From Escherichia phage ECO340P2: a stretch of DNA of 64,000 nt. This document shows, piece by piece, positions 35,562 through 44,582 of the stretch (position 1 is the stretch's first letter; every line of letters begins with the position of its first letter). Position numbers and translations under genes: made by a program. The DNA lies in the sequence record OP172792; one strand, written 5' to 3'. The notes under the pieces were generated by a model, which saw only the letters and a program-made list of their open reading frames with translations, did no database searches and was not told where the DNA came from.

Positions 35562-35586
35562 ACTCCCTTTTCGGAGGGAGTATTTT
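35562..35586 (+). terminator. rho-independent terminator
   Basis: ACTCCC-TTTTCGGA-GGGAGT hairpin followed by ATTTT. Confidence 0.5.
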
Positions 35587-35597
35587 AAGGAGGGATT

Positions 35598-35792
35598 ATG
35601 CAGAGCGGAGAAGAACTTTTAGAGAAACAATTCTCAACGCGTCAACAAGCTTTAAGTTATATGGTTTTTCTAAGCAATCTTGATGTGAATGAGATACTTT
35701 TACGGCGCGAAGGTAATTTCTGGAGCGTTAAATATCATGCAACAAGGTCTGTAATCTACCTAGAAGAGGCGGAATTCTCTTTGGTAGAATGA
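35598..35792 (+). CDS. hypothetical protein
   Basis: 64 aa ORF, RBS AAGGAGGG. Confidence 0.5.
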   Translation: MQSGEELLEKQFSTRQQALSYMVFLSNLDVNEILLRREGNFWSVKYHATRSVIYLEEAEFSLVE

Positions 35793-35806
35793 TCCGAGGA
35801 GTAGTT

Positions 35807-36379
35807 ATGCGTTCAACTTTCACTGGCAAAATAAATGCTGGTTTGATTTTTACAGCAGTAAGCATTCTTAGCAAAAAGTTTAAAGTTGTTAACTTACCTG
35901 TGTGTGTCGATTTCGATCATGTTTTTGATCCTTCGAACCCCACTCGTTGCATAGTAAGGAGTAATGTTGAAAACCCAACAGAAAATCTTTTTTATGTAAC
36001 AAAACCATCTCAAAGCATACTTAACCAGGTTGAGGCGAAATTGATACCTAACGGTAAATATTACTCCTTTTTACCTTGTAAGTCGGTTGAAGTAGAGAAT
36101 AGCAATACTTTCGCTAATAACTTGTCTGTATTCGTTTTCTTTGTTTCACAGGAAGACGAAACAGATGAAATGGTAGCAACAGTGAGATCACTTTATGACT
36201 CTTTAGGGGTTGTTTATAGTCAACAAGTGTGCGAAAATAATAAAGCCTGTGTAGATTTCATTATCAACGGTATTTGTGTTTGTAGAGTAGAATCTTTTTG
36301 GCTGCACGATACATATGTGACTGTAGCAGAGGTTATATCTGAACCAAGATTTAGTCATGCGGTTTCGTTAATAATTTGA
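35807..36379 (+). CDS. hypothetical protein
   Basis: ATG after GAGGAG; ORF-track start 35789 overlaps upstream gene. Confidence 0.5.
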   Translation: MRSTFTGKINAGLIFTAVSILSKKFKVVNLPVCVDFDHVFDPSNPTRCIVRSNVENPTENLFYVTKPSQSILNQVEAKLIPNGKYYSFLPCKSVEVENSNTFANNLSVFVFFVSQEDETDEMVATVRSLYDSLGVVYSQQVCENNKACVDFIINGICVCRVESFWLHDTYVTVAEVISEPRFSHAVSLII

Positions 36380-36389
36380 GGAGGAAGGA

Positions 36390-36719
36390 ATGGAAATTAC
36401 TACAGAACAAGCCCTTATCGACGAGGGTCGTAAAATCTTAGAAAAGTATTTAGGGGAGATTCATAAAACCCCTGGCTATTTGGGTTGGAGAATTGTTGAA
36501 GCTGTAGATTTCCTTCCTCGTAACAGTAAAAACGTCGAAATGCGATCTCTTTTCTTATTAGTAAAGGTGGATGGGGATACGCCTTTTAAAGATGCCGCAG
36601 AACATATTGAAAAAGTTGAAGAGAAAGCTTATGCAGAATTTGCCGATCTTGTTTTAGAACAAGAGATTGAAGGAAAGGTGAATATTTTTATTTTCTTAGA
36701 TTTTGAGGAGGATAAGTGA
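36390..36719 (+). CDS. hypothetical protein
   Basis: 109 aa ORF, RBS GAGGAGG. Confidence 0.5.
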   Translation: MEITTEQALIDEGRKILEKYLGEIHKTPGYLGWRIVEAVDFLPRNSKNVEMRSLFLLVKVDGDTPFKDAAEHIEKVEEKAYAEFADLVLEQEIEGKVNIFIFLDFEEDK

Positions 36720-37459
36720 TCATACACAGAGAAATTACTGTTAAAAGCGATCAAGATCTTTTTATAATTGGAGATCTACACGGTTGTTATAATTTGTATG
36801 AAAAAGGAAAGGCAAAGTTAGGTATCCGAGATACAGATGTGGTTGTATCTCTAGGAGATCTTACTGACCGTGGAAAGCAAAACTTTCGTTGTGTTTTAGA
36901 ATTTACTCGTAAACACAATCGCTACGCTATTCGTGGCAATCATGAAGACATGATGATTAAAGGTATGCTGGAAGGAGATCGTAGCTACTACGAGTGTTGG
37001 TATCAAAATGGAGGATATACGGTCTTTGAAGAATGTGGTGAAGAAGGAGCTACAGCCTTAGCAATGATGACAGAAGATTTACCTGTTGTTCTCATTGTTA
37101 ACTACAGAGGCATGAAACTTGCGTTTATTCATGGTGGGTATCCATCTTCTTTGGAATATCTCCCTGTAACAGATATTCCAGAATACATTTCGAAGATGAC
37201 AAAAACACAGGAAAACCGTTTTGCTGAAGCACTTATGTGGGACAGAGATATGGTAGACTGTGCTAAAGAGGGAATGAAACTTCCTGTTGTGATGGGTGTG
37301 GATTATGTGTTTCATGGACACTCTTATGTAAAAACACCTATTATCAATGCGAATCGTGTTTATATGGATACTGGATCTGTGTTCAATAATAACTTAACAT
37401 TTGCTTATTTCGATATGGACGGTGGTCTTCAATTTTATTCAACTCTTGAGGAGGATTAA
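36716..37459 (+). CDS. Ser/Thr protein phosphatase (PPP-family metallophosphatase, lambda PPase-like)
   Basis: GDLHGC, GDLTDRG, RGNHE motifs in canonical order. Confidence 0.75.
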   Translation: MIIHREITVKSDQDLFIIGDLHGCYNLYEKGKAKLGIRDTDVVVSLGDLTDRGKQNFRCVLEFTRKHNRYAIRGNHEDMMIKGMLEGDRSYYECWYQNGGYTVFEECGEEGATALAMMTEDLPVVLIVNYRGMKLAFIHGGYPSSLEYLPVTDIPEYISKMTKTQENRFAEALMWDRDMVDCAKEGMKLPVVMGVDYVFHGHSYVKTPIINANRVYMDTGSVFNNNLTFAYFDMDGGLQFYSTLEED

Positions 37460-37767
37460 TGTATAAGATTACAATTATTCAAAGTGTAGGTAATATCCGT
37501 AAAGAAGTTATCTTAGAAACAGAAGATGTTAATCTTGTTCGTGAGATTGTTCTTAAGGAAGATAACCTGCAAGCTGTAGAATCAGATGCACCGAATCTTA
37601 TGGTGGATCAAGAATATTCTGAACTTCGTCGTATTTTTGAAGAGATTCAGAAGAAAGAAACACAACCTACCATAAAACCTTTTGGCCCTTATGATCCGAG
37701 CAATCCTAGCAGTCCTTGGATCATGAGAAATACGGAACCCTATACACCTTTTGAAATTACTTGTTGA
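37459..37767 (+). CDS. hypothetical protein
   Basis: 102 aa ORF. Confidence 0.5.
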   Translation: MYKITIIQSVGNIRKEVILETEDVNLVREIVLKEDNLQAVESDAPNLMVDQEYSELRRIFEEIQKKETQPTIKPFGPYDPSNPSSPWIMRNTEPYTPFEITC

Positions 37768-37774
37768 GGTGATT

Positions 37775-38356
37775 ATGGCAGAACTGTTCTATACGGGAGT
37801 TGGAAGTAGAGACATATCCGAAGAAGAGTGGGCTTTGATGGTAGGTATAGGGAAATGGCTTTCAAACCTTGGGTTTAAATTAAGGTCTGGGAAGGCAGAG
37901 GGTAGTGATTCTGCTTTTGAAACAGGTGTCCAAGAGTCTGAAAATCCTACTAACAAGGAGATTTATGTTCCTTGGGAAAATTTCAAAGGTAATCAGATTC
38001 CAGGGGATGTTATTGTTCTTGCAAAACCAGATACAATGAACTATGCTATCTCTGTGCAGTGGATCAAAGATGTTCACCCAGCCTATGAAAAGCTTAAGCA
38101 GGGTGCCAGAAAATTGCACCAACGTAATGTGCATCAAGTGTTAGGTAGAGATTTGGAGAATCCTGCTCCATCATGTTTCTTGTTGGCTTGTGCTAATACT
38201 GATAAACATGGAGATGCAAAAGGTGGAACAGCTACGGCTTGGAAGATAGCTAAAGCCAATAATGTTCCTTGTTTAAACATTCGTGGGAAAACAAAACAAG
38301 AGATTTACGATTTTCTACGACCTTTGGTAATGAGGGCAATAACAAGTGATTCCTAA
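37775..38356 (+). CDS. Rossmann-fold protein, DprA/SLOG-like
   Basis: YTGVGSRD ... LRSGKAEGSDSAFETG resembles DprA/LOG-type nucleotide-binding loops; ATG after GAGGTGA. Confidence 0.4.
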   Translation: MAELFYTGVGSRDISEEEWALMVGIGKWLSNLGFKLRSGKAEGSDSAFETGVQESENPTNKEIYVPWENFKGNQIPGDVIVLAKPDTMNYAISVQWIKDVHPAYEKLKQGARKLHQRNVHQVLGRDLENPAPSCFLLACANTDKHGDAKGGTATAWKIAKANNVPCLNIRGKTKQEIYDFLRPLVMRAITSDS

Positions 38357-38858
38357 ACGTAAACGTGGTGAACAAAGAACAAACTTGGCAGAAATCTTAG
38401 ATTACAACATGGTTAATGATGTGACAAAAGAAATTCTGCCTGTTGTAGAAGATATTCTTCAAAGAGGATTACGATTCTGCTCGGATCGGGTGCATTTCAT
38501 GTGGACACATAAAAGTGACTCCGCTTTGAATTTCTATCCTTTGGATTATACTCTGAACAATACAGAGATGAAAGATATCAACAAATACTTAATGGGATAT
38601 AAAGATATAACCGAAACCGTTCTTGGAGAATTGGCAGAAATCTTGGCTAACGATATCCTTAGAAATATTAATAAGGCTCTTGACAGAAGCCCAGCAGGAG
38701 TAGTAGTATCTTTTGCTGTGCCAGATATGGTTAAATATGAGTCTACAATACCTAATAAAGCTTATGCCTTTCTTCGGAGAGACGTTCGTGGAAATGTGTT
38801 GGAGATGGAGTCAAACTACAAGATTGAGGAGGTTTTATGGCAGAGTTCGGATCAGTAA
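38346..38858 (+). CDS. hypothetical protein
   Basis: 170 aa ORF. Confidence 0.5.
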   Translation: MIPKRKRGEQRTNLAEILDYNMVNDVTKEILPVVEDILQRGLRFCSDRVHFMWTHKSDSALNFYPLDYTLNNTEMKDINKYLMGYKDITETVLGELAEILANDILRNINKALDRSPAGVVVSFAVPDMVKYESTIPNKAYAFLRRDVRGNVLEMESNYKIEEVLWQSSDQ

Positions 38859-39127
38859 CAAGTTTTGAAAGTAACTTCGTTACCGCTTGGGAAGCTTGGG
38901 ATGAAATGGGTGTTGGTGAACTTTATTTTTACAATGTAACACTACGTCCAGAGTATGCTTATCTGGTACCAGAAGGAACAGTTCAAATTGGCATGTATCT
39001 GTCTTCTCAAGACGGTGTTGTTCAATTTGAGTTTTATTCAAACACAACGGACAACGAATTTACATATCGTGCATTTCATGTCAACATGTCTTTAGGAGAG
39101 GAGAAATTTTATGACGACCAAGTTTAA
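38837..39127 (+). CDS. hypothetical protein
   Basis: 96 aa ORF. Confidence 0.5.
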   Translation: MAEFGSVTSFESNFVTAWEAWDEMGVGELYFYNVTLRPEYAYLVPEGTVQIGMYLSSQDGVVQFEFYSNTTDNEFTYRAFHVNMSLGEEKFYDDQV

Positions 39128-39308
39128 AACAGTAGAAGAAGCCGTAAAAGCAGCTTATGAGGCTTTAGCGGAAGCAGAGCAGTTAGCAGATGAGACTGGT
39201 AAAGGTTTCCGTTTCTCCCCTGAATATGGGATGGGTGGCTATTATGATCCAGAAGATGAAAATGAGAATACTGGAACAAATTGGCATCCATCTTCTTTAA
39301 GTTGTTAA
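39111..39308 (+). CDS. small protein, WxSS..C C-terminal family member 1
   Basis: 65 aa; ends GTNWHPSSLSC. Confidence 0.5.
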   Translation: MTTKFKTVEEAVKAAYEALAEAEQLADETGKGFRFSPEYGMGGYYDPEDENENTGTNWHPSSLSC

Positions 39309-39319
39309 TAGGAGGTAAA

Positions 39320-39595
39320 GTGGGAATCGAAGATATCAAAGGTTATAAGGCGCATACTGACGATAAGATTGGCAAGGTTAACGCTATTAAAGATGCAGAA
39401 GAGCGTTTAGGTTTAATCTTCAAAGCTTTAGAGGAAGAGTATTGTGAAGCATATCATGGGTCTTTTGACGGCACAGAAAAAGAATTAGATTTTGCATACG
39501 AACGTATTGATCAAATCCGTTGTGCTATTAAACATTTAAAAGAAGCTAGTATGTGGGCTTGTCGTTCAGTTTTCCAACCAGAGGAGAAATATTAA
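39320..39595 (+). CDS. hypothetical protein, GTG start
   Basis: GTG 4 nt after AGGAGG; ORF-track TTG start at 39281 has no RBS. Confidence 0.4.
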   Translation: MGIEDIKGYKAHTDDKIGKVNAIKDAEERLGLIFKALEEEYCEAYHGSFDGTEKELDFAYERIDQIRCAIKHLKEASMWACRSVFQPEEKY

Positions 39596-39813
39596 TGAGT
39601 GATCGTAATGTTGAAGAATTAACTGAAAAAGCCCAAGCTATTATGGCTTTAGTTGACGAACTTACAAAAGAAGCTGAAGATGCTGGTTTTGGTCTTAGTT
39701 TAGAAGATAATGCAATCTGTTTTGAAGATTGGCAATCCTCTTCTTGTTATGGTGAAGGTGACGATGGTTTCGTTGTTAATTCTCAAGGCGTTTGGCACAG
39801 TAGTAGCTGTTAA
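39595..39813 (+). CDS. small protein, WxSS..C C-terminal family member 2
   Basis: ATG after GAGGAGA; ends GVWHSSSC. Confidence 0.5.
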   Translation: MSDRNVEELTEKAQAIMALVDELTKEAEDAGFGLSLEDNAICFEDWQSSSCYGEGDDGFVVNSQGVWHSSSC

Positions 39814-39822
39814 GGAGAGATT

Positions 39823-40095
39823 GTGGAGTCTGAAGGCGAACTGCTGATAAAAAAGAAAGTTAAAGAGATGGAACAAGCACAAAGAAAGTTTCGTAAAGAG
39901 ATTGAAGAACTTTGTGAACAATTTCAGGAACAAGCTTGGATTGGTGACTATGATAATGGAGAAACTTATTACCCTACCGGAACACCAGCCGCAGACCACT
40001 ATATTGACTTTATTTGTGAAGATTATGGTGTAGAGTTAGATGAAAATGGTTTAACCACAAGAGGTGTTTGGGTCTCTTCTTCATCAATGTGTTAG
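39823..40095 (+). CDS. small protein, WxSS..C C-terminal family member 3, GTG start
   Basis: ends GVWVSSSSMC; RBS AAGGAGAG. Confidence 0.5.
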   Translation: MESEGELLIKKKVKEMEQAQRKFRKEIEELCEQFQEQAWIGDYDNGETYYPTGTPAADHYIDFICEDYGVELDENGLTTRGVWVSSSSMC

Positions 40096-40104
40096 TAAAT
40101 AATA

Positions 40105-40126
40105 ACCCGCTTCGGCGGGTTTTTTA
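40105..40126 (+). terminator. rho-independent terminator
   Basis: ACCCGC-TTCG-GCGGGT hairpin followed by TTTTTTA. Confidence 0.6.
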
Positions 40127-40155
40127 TTGACAGAGATAGGGAAGCTTGATAAACT
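40127..40155 (+). promoter_or_regulatory. sigma70-like promoter (TTGACA-17-TAAACT)
   Basis: abuts terminator T-tract (TTTTTATTGACA), same arrangement as at 21717. Confidence 0.4.
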
Positions 40156-40185
40156 TGATCTATCAACCAATAGAGGAGAAATATT

Positions 40186-41127
40186 ATGGTGTTAATTGGT
40201 AGCCGTGCATTACAAATTCATGCTATGGATATGGGAAAAGACTTGTATCGCCCTTGTGTAGATTTAGATTACCTGTGTACAGAACAAGAGTGGGAAGAAT
40301 TATCAAAAATGTTCTCTCAAGAGGAGTTTGTTGAACTTGTAGAACGTAAAGGGAACAAGGGCCATGTCAAAATGATAGCTGGTGCACATTTGGAATACGA
40401 TATTGCTTCTCAAGGAGATAGCACAGAAGCTTTGATTAGTTATTGTGAAGAGTCTGATGATATTCGTCGAACTTACGCTGGACATGTTGTTGCTCCTTTA
40501 GATGTGCTCTACCTTCTTAAAATGAGTCATCGTTTTAAAAAGGATAGTCCTCACTTCTTTAAAACTATGAAAGATATTCATTTCATGCGATCACTGGGCG
40601 CAAAGATCCCAGAAAATCTTAAGAGTATTTATGAGTTGCGTGAGAAAGAAACATACACTTACTCTCATCCAAACTTAAACGTAAAAAGTAAAGACTTCTT
40701 TAAAGGTGATGAGGTTCCGTATGTTTATGATCATGATTCTATCCACGAAGCCATTGCGGTAATGGATGCTCCAGCATATAAATCTTATATGAAAGATGGA
40801 AGTGAAGTTATGACCAGCAAAGAAAAGTTTTTTGCTCAACCAAAACATGTGCGCCTGTTAGGTGTTTATGAAGAAGCGTGTGTTTTGGCTTTGGAACGTT
40901 CACAAATTCCTTTCGGTGAAGAGATCGGAGGTCCAACACCTAAGCAAAGTTTTATGATGGCTTTATCTAAAGTTTGCACATCCATTACTAGTGGTTGGTT
41001 TAGGGAATATGCCTGGGAGAACTTTTACGTTGTTACTAAACTATATGAAAACATGGGTGAAAACGACTATGTTGAACGTTTTAAAGCTAATCGCCATGTA
41101 GTAAAGCCTTTTGAAGGAGGTTATTAA
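40186..41127 (+). CDS. hypothetical protein
   Basis: 313 aa ORF, RBS AGAGGAG. Confidence 0.55.
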   Translation: MVLIGSRALQIHAMDMGKDLYRPCVDLDYLCTEQEWEELSKMFSQEEFVELVERKGNKGHVKMIAGAHLEYDIASQGDSTEALISYCEESDDIRRTYAGHVVAPLDVLYLLKMSHRFKKDSPHFFKTMKDIHFMRSLGAKIPENLKSIYELREKETYTYSHPNLNVKSKDFFKGDEVPYVYDHDSIHEAIAVMDAPAYKSYMKDGSEVMTSKEKFFAQPKHVRLLGVYEEACVLALERSQIPFGEEIGGPTPKQSFMMALSKVCTSITSGWFREYAWENFYVVTKLYENMGENDYVERFKANRHVVKPFEGGY

Positions 41128-41128
41128 T

Positions 41129-41524
41129 ATGTGTGGATATCTTTCAGAAAGTTATTTCAAAGTGACCCATGAGGATTTAGAAAAAGCACGATTGAAATTG
41201 ACAGCTATTATTGAATACTCTAATACTGTTGATCACAGATTAAAGACTACTAAAGTATCTGTTCCTTGTTGGTTAGGTTTACGGCATAAAACAATGTCTC
41301 AACATGATCATGTTGTTCGAGAGATGCATGGTTGGTGTTGGTTTCACGATGTGGCTCTGCATTTTGGTTATATTACAGAAGAAGAACATAGATTCTGTGA
41401 GCTAACATATCGTATTCCAACCCTTCACGATTTAGATTTGTGGAGGAAAGCAAGTGAGATCTTTCTGACAGAAAGTGATTGGCGTAAAGTTATGGCTTGT
41501 CTTGAATGGAGGGGCAATGAGTAA
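41129..41524 (+). CDS. hypothetical protein
   Basis: ATG after GGAGG; ORF-track start 41111 is inside previous gene. Confidence 0.5.
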   Translation: MCGYLSESYFKVTHEDLEKARLKLTAIIEYSNTVDHRLKTTKVSVPCWLGLRHKTMSQHDHVVREMHGWCWFHDVALHFGYITEEEHRFCELTYRIPTLHDLDLWRKASEIFLTESDWRKVMACLEWRGNE

Positions 41525-42200
41525 AACAGTTTTGTCTATGTTTGACGGATCTGGTATCATGGTGTTACGTTATGCCGAAGCAGGTCACAAGTGTTTTTGT
41601 GTAAACGCTGATGAAGGGGACCACGGTAAATACGAGGTCAGGATGGAGCACCCAAACATAACCTATGTGAATGCTTGGATAGATTCTACATTCAACCCTG
41701 AAGATCACGGAATACCTAAACCCGATATTATTTTTGGATTTCCACCTTGCACTATGTTAGCAGGTAGTGGTAGCAAACACGAACGTAGCACAGAGGAATT
41801 AGATGAAGCTTTAGCTAATATTCGTGTAGTGGAAGCTTTGGGTAACAAATACAATGTTCCTTGGATGATTGAGAACCCAGTAGGTAAACTTTCAACCTTA
41901 TGGCGTAAACCTGATTTTTACTTTGATCCTTATGAGTATGGTGGGTATTTGTTTGAAGAGGAAGGAAGCTTTCATCCTAAAATGCCTACCCGCGATGGAT
42001 ATACAAAGAAAACTTGTATCTGGTACGGAAATGGTTTTGTTCAACCAGTGAAGAAACCAGTAGATCATATAGGCTGTTTCTGGGGTTGGAAAAGCTTGGG
42101 TGGAGCTAGTGCAAAAACAAAACAACTTAGATCGCTAACAGCACGTGGTTTTGCTCGTGCAGTGTTTTTGTCTAACAATCTTCTAGATAAGGAGAAATGA
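41517..42200 (+). CDS. compact DNA (cytosine-5) methyltransferase-like protein
   Basis: motif I-like MFDGSG, motif IV-like FGFPPC, motif VI-like WMIENPVGKL; only ~227 aa, no obvious target-recognition domain. Confidence 0.45.
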   Translation: MSKTVLSMFDGSGIMVLRYAEAGHKCFCVNADEGDHGKYEVRMEHPNITYVNAWIDSTFNPEDHGIPKPDIIFGFPPCTMLAGSGSKHERSTEELDEALANIRVVEALGNKYNVPWMIENPVGKLSTLWRKPDFYFDPYEYGGYLFEEEGSFHPKMPTRDGYTKKTCIWYGNGFVQPVKKPVDHIGCFWGWKSLGGASAKTKQLRSLTARGFARAVFLSNNLLDKEK

Positions 42201-42853
42201 TGTCAAATTCAAAACAATTAGTTGCTTATCAAGTAGATCGTAATGATGGGGAAGGAAGTGTTGTTATTTTCAGTACACACGGTCTTGAGGCTCGTCGAAA
42301 AGGTGCATATCGTTTAGAATGTGAGTTTGAAGACTGCACAAGCCACCGTGTCAAACAATTCGATCAATATGCTGATAAAGGCTTCGTCCCTATCAAAGCC
42401 TTACTGGAAGATGGTTGGTGGGTATATTCTGCTTTTGATTACTCAAAACTGGAGGAGTCAGCTTCGTGCGCCTCCGAGATCGAATATGATGATTACTATG
42501 ACACTCTCTACCTTCCAGAATGGCTTGTCTTTTCTCCTGATGAGAGAAGTGTCTGGAAAACTTGGGAAGAAATGGAGAGACATGCATATAGCATCAATGA
42601 AGCCTTAGATCGTAAAGCTTGGTTTATTGAGGCAGTAAAGGCGGCATACCCTCAATTCTCATTTTGTGATTTCACTGGTGGCCCAGGATACATTACACAT
42701 ACAGCCTCTTTTGAGTTCCCTGGCTCACGTTATAAAGGTAATGTTTATTGGGATTGGGATGAAAATAAACAACCTTCGGCTCAAGACTTCCGTTGCTATG
42801 TTTGCCAAGGTGATCAAGAAGCCCTTGACAAATACCTTCAAAGTCTGATATAG
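42197..42853 (+). CDS. hypothetical protein
   Basis: 218 aa ORF overlapping previous stop. Confidence 0.5.
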   Translation: MMSNSKQLVAYQVDRNDGEGSVVIFSTHGLEARRKGAYRLECEFEDCTSHRVKQFDQYADKGFVPIKALLEDGWWVYSAFDYSKLEESASCASEIEYDDYYDTLYLPEWLVFSPDERSVWKTWEEMERHAYSINEALDRKAWFIEAVKAAYPQFSFCDFTGGPGYITHTASFEFPGSRYKGNVYWDWDENKQPSAQDFRCYVCQGDQEALDKYLQSLI

Positions 42854-42870
42854 TGTCAACATCTGAACAA

Positions 42871-42897
42871 AGCCCCCTGTTTCAGGGGGTTTTTCTT
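42871..42897 (+). terminator. rho-independent terminator
   Basis: CCCCCTG-TTTC-AGGGGG hairpin followed by TTTTTCTTT. Confidence 0.55.
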
Positions 42898-42910
42898 TAT
42901 AGGAGGAAAT

Positions 42911-43396
42911 ATGTTTCAAGTAAATGTCAATGTGCATAATAGTTACTCTGATTGTGAAACGTGTGGCTATAGTTCATCTAATGTTGTTCGTATCAGTGGT
43001 GATTTGGGAGAAGCTTCTTTTGGAGAAGAAGCAAGTTGCTTTAGCGGTATGGATGCAGAATGGAATGATATTGCACATTGGTTGGTGAGCAAACTAAAAG
43101 AAAAAGAGAAACCATTTCCTACTCTGCTTGATCGTTCTCTTGTAGAAGACGCAGGTAAAGCCTATGCAGATTACGCTTATGCAGATGGGAAGTACTTGGA
43201 AGATGACAAGGCTAACCATTTGCTTTATGTTTACTATGAAGCTGAAGCTGCCTATGATAATTATTATAGTATGTCCAATATCTTACGGCTATTTGCAGAG
43301 TTTGATATCTATTTTGAAGTAGAGTTTTCAGAAGATGATACTTACGAGTATGATTCTTATGATCCATTTGAGGAGGAAGAATGCCAAGACGAGTGA
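42911..43396 (+). CDS. hypothetical highly acidic protein
   Basis: 161 aa; Asp/Glu/Tyr-rich C-terminal half; 3' end overlaps the Sir2 gene start. Confidence 0.5.
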   Translation: MFQVNVNVHNSYSDCETCGYSSSNVVRISGDLGEASFGEEASCFSGMDAEWNDIAHWLVSKLKEKEKPFPTLLDRSLVEDAGKAYADYAYADGKYLEDDKANHLLYVYYEAEAAYDNYYSMSNILRLFAEFDIYFEVEFSEDDTYEYDSYDPFEEEECQDE

Positions 43397-44196
43397 TTTT
43401 TGTAAGTGGTGCAGGTTTAAGTGCAGACAGTGGGATTCGAACATTCAGAACAGACACAGATAGCGGTCGTGCTTTATGGGAAGAATACGATTTAGAAGAG
43501 GTCTGCAATATTGGAGCTTTCCAAGCAGGTTATCGTGTGAGAACATCTCCAGATCTTCCGGTGGTTGGAGGTGTAGACGAGAACGGTATAGATTTATATG
43601 CCAAAACACACGAATTTTATAACAAAAGACGTGTTGAGCTTAAAAACGTACAACCTAATGCTGCGCATCTTCAAATAGCCAAATGGTTTAAGGAATATCC
43701 TAACCAGGTAGTAAACTTGACAACAAATGTCGATGATCTACTAGAGCGAGCAGGGGTAGACAGGGACTCGGTTGTTCACGTGCACGGTTATCTTCCTGAA
43801 GTAGTCTGCCGTATGCACCCTGGAGATTACAAAACACTGGTGGATATTGGTTACAATAGTATAAACATAGATGATTATAACTGGGTGAAGCCTAATGTAG
43901 TCTTCTTTGGGGAAGCTGCTCCACTTTACACGGATATGTATCATATTTTTGATACATTGACGTCTCAAGATATGGTGATTGTAGTAGGCTGCTCTAATCA
44001 AGTTATCAATTTTAACTGGGAGCTTTTTCCTGCTCTTAACATCGGGACAAAAATGGTCGTAGTTAATCCAGGAGTTAATTACGAAGAAACACTTCTCTAT
44101 GAAGATCGTGGAGTTTTTGTTTACCGAGAAAAAGCTGTAACAGCCTTCAGTAATGAAGGTTTCATTAAAATGGTCGAAGACCACTTAAACAAATAA
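43381..44196 (+). CDS. Sir2-family (sirtuin-like) NAD-dependent protein
   Basis: N-terminal VIFVSGAGLSADSGIRTFR matches the sirtuin NAD-binding signature GAGxSxxSGIPxFR. Confidence 0.7.
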   Translation: MPRRVIFVSGAGLSADSGIRTFRTDTDSGRALWEEYDLEEVCNIGAFQAGYRVRTSPDLPVVGGVDENGIDLYAKTHEFYNKRRVELKNVQPNAAHLQIAKWFKEYPNQVVNLTTNVDDLLERAGVDRDSVVHVHGYLPEVVCRMHPGDYKTLVDIGYNSINIDDYNWVKPNVVFFGEAAPLYTDMYHIFDTLTSQDMVIVVGCSNQVINFNWELFPALNIGTKMVVVNPGVNYEETLLYEDRGVFVYREKAVTAFSNEGFIKMVEDHLNK

Positions 44197-44207
44197 ACCA
44201 CTCAAGG

Positions 44208-44228
44208 GGCTTCGGCCCCTTTTCTTAT
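44208..44228 (+). terminator. rho-independent terminator
   Basis: GGGGC-TTCG-GCCCC hairpin followed by TTTTCTT. Confidence 0.55.
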
Positions 44229-44240
44229 TAGGAGAACAAA

Positions 44241-44513
44241 ATGACTGAAGAAATCCGTGATTACTACCTTGCACATTACGTTTACTACTTTGCCAATGCT
44301 ACACAAAAAGGGGAAGGTAATCTTTACTTGGCAACAGGACATGGAACAGGTGTTAGGAAATCAAATATTGATAACGCTTTGGCTCAAGTAGCGGCTGGGC
44401 TAGAAGATAAACTTCAAACCCCTGTAGTTGTAGTGATGCAAAATATAAGTTACCTAGCAAGTTGTACTGAAACCGAATTTAACGCGTCTGAAACGCAATC
44501 TAACGAAGAATAA
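44241..44513 (+). CDS. hypothetical protein
   Basis: 90 aa ORF, last gene of the plus-strand block. Confidence 0.5.
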   Translation: MTEEIRDYYLAHYVYYFANATQKGEGNLYLATGHGTGVRKSNIDNALAQVAAGLEDKLQTPVVVVMQNISYLASCTETEFNASETQSNEE

Positions 44514-44548
44514 AACAAAGGCACCCAAGTGGGTGCCTTTTCTGTTTT
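44513..44548. terminator. bidirectional rho-independent terminator between convergent gene blocks
   Basis: 7 bp stem GGCACCC/GGGTGCC, loop AAGT, flanked by AAAACAAA on the left and TTTTCTGTTTT on the right. Confidence 0.6.
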
Positions 44549-44582
44549 AGAGCGTCTCTGTTCGATTTAGGCGGGTTCTAGC

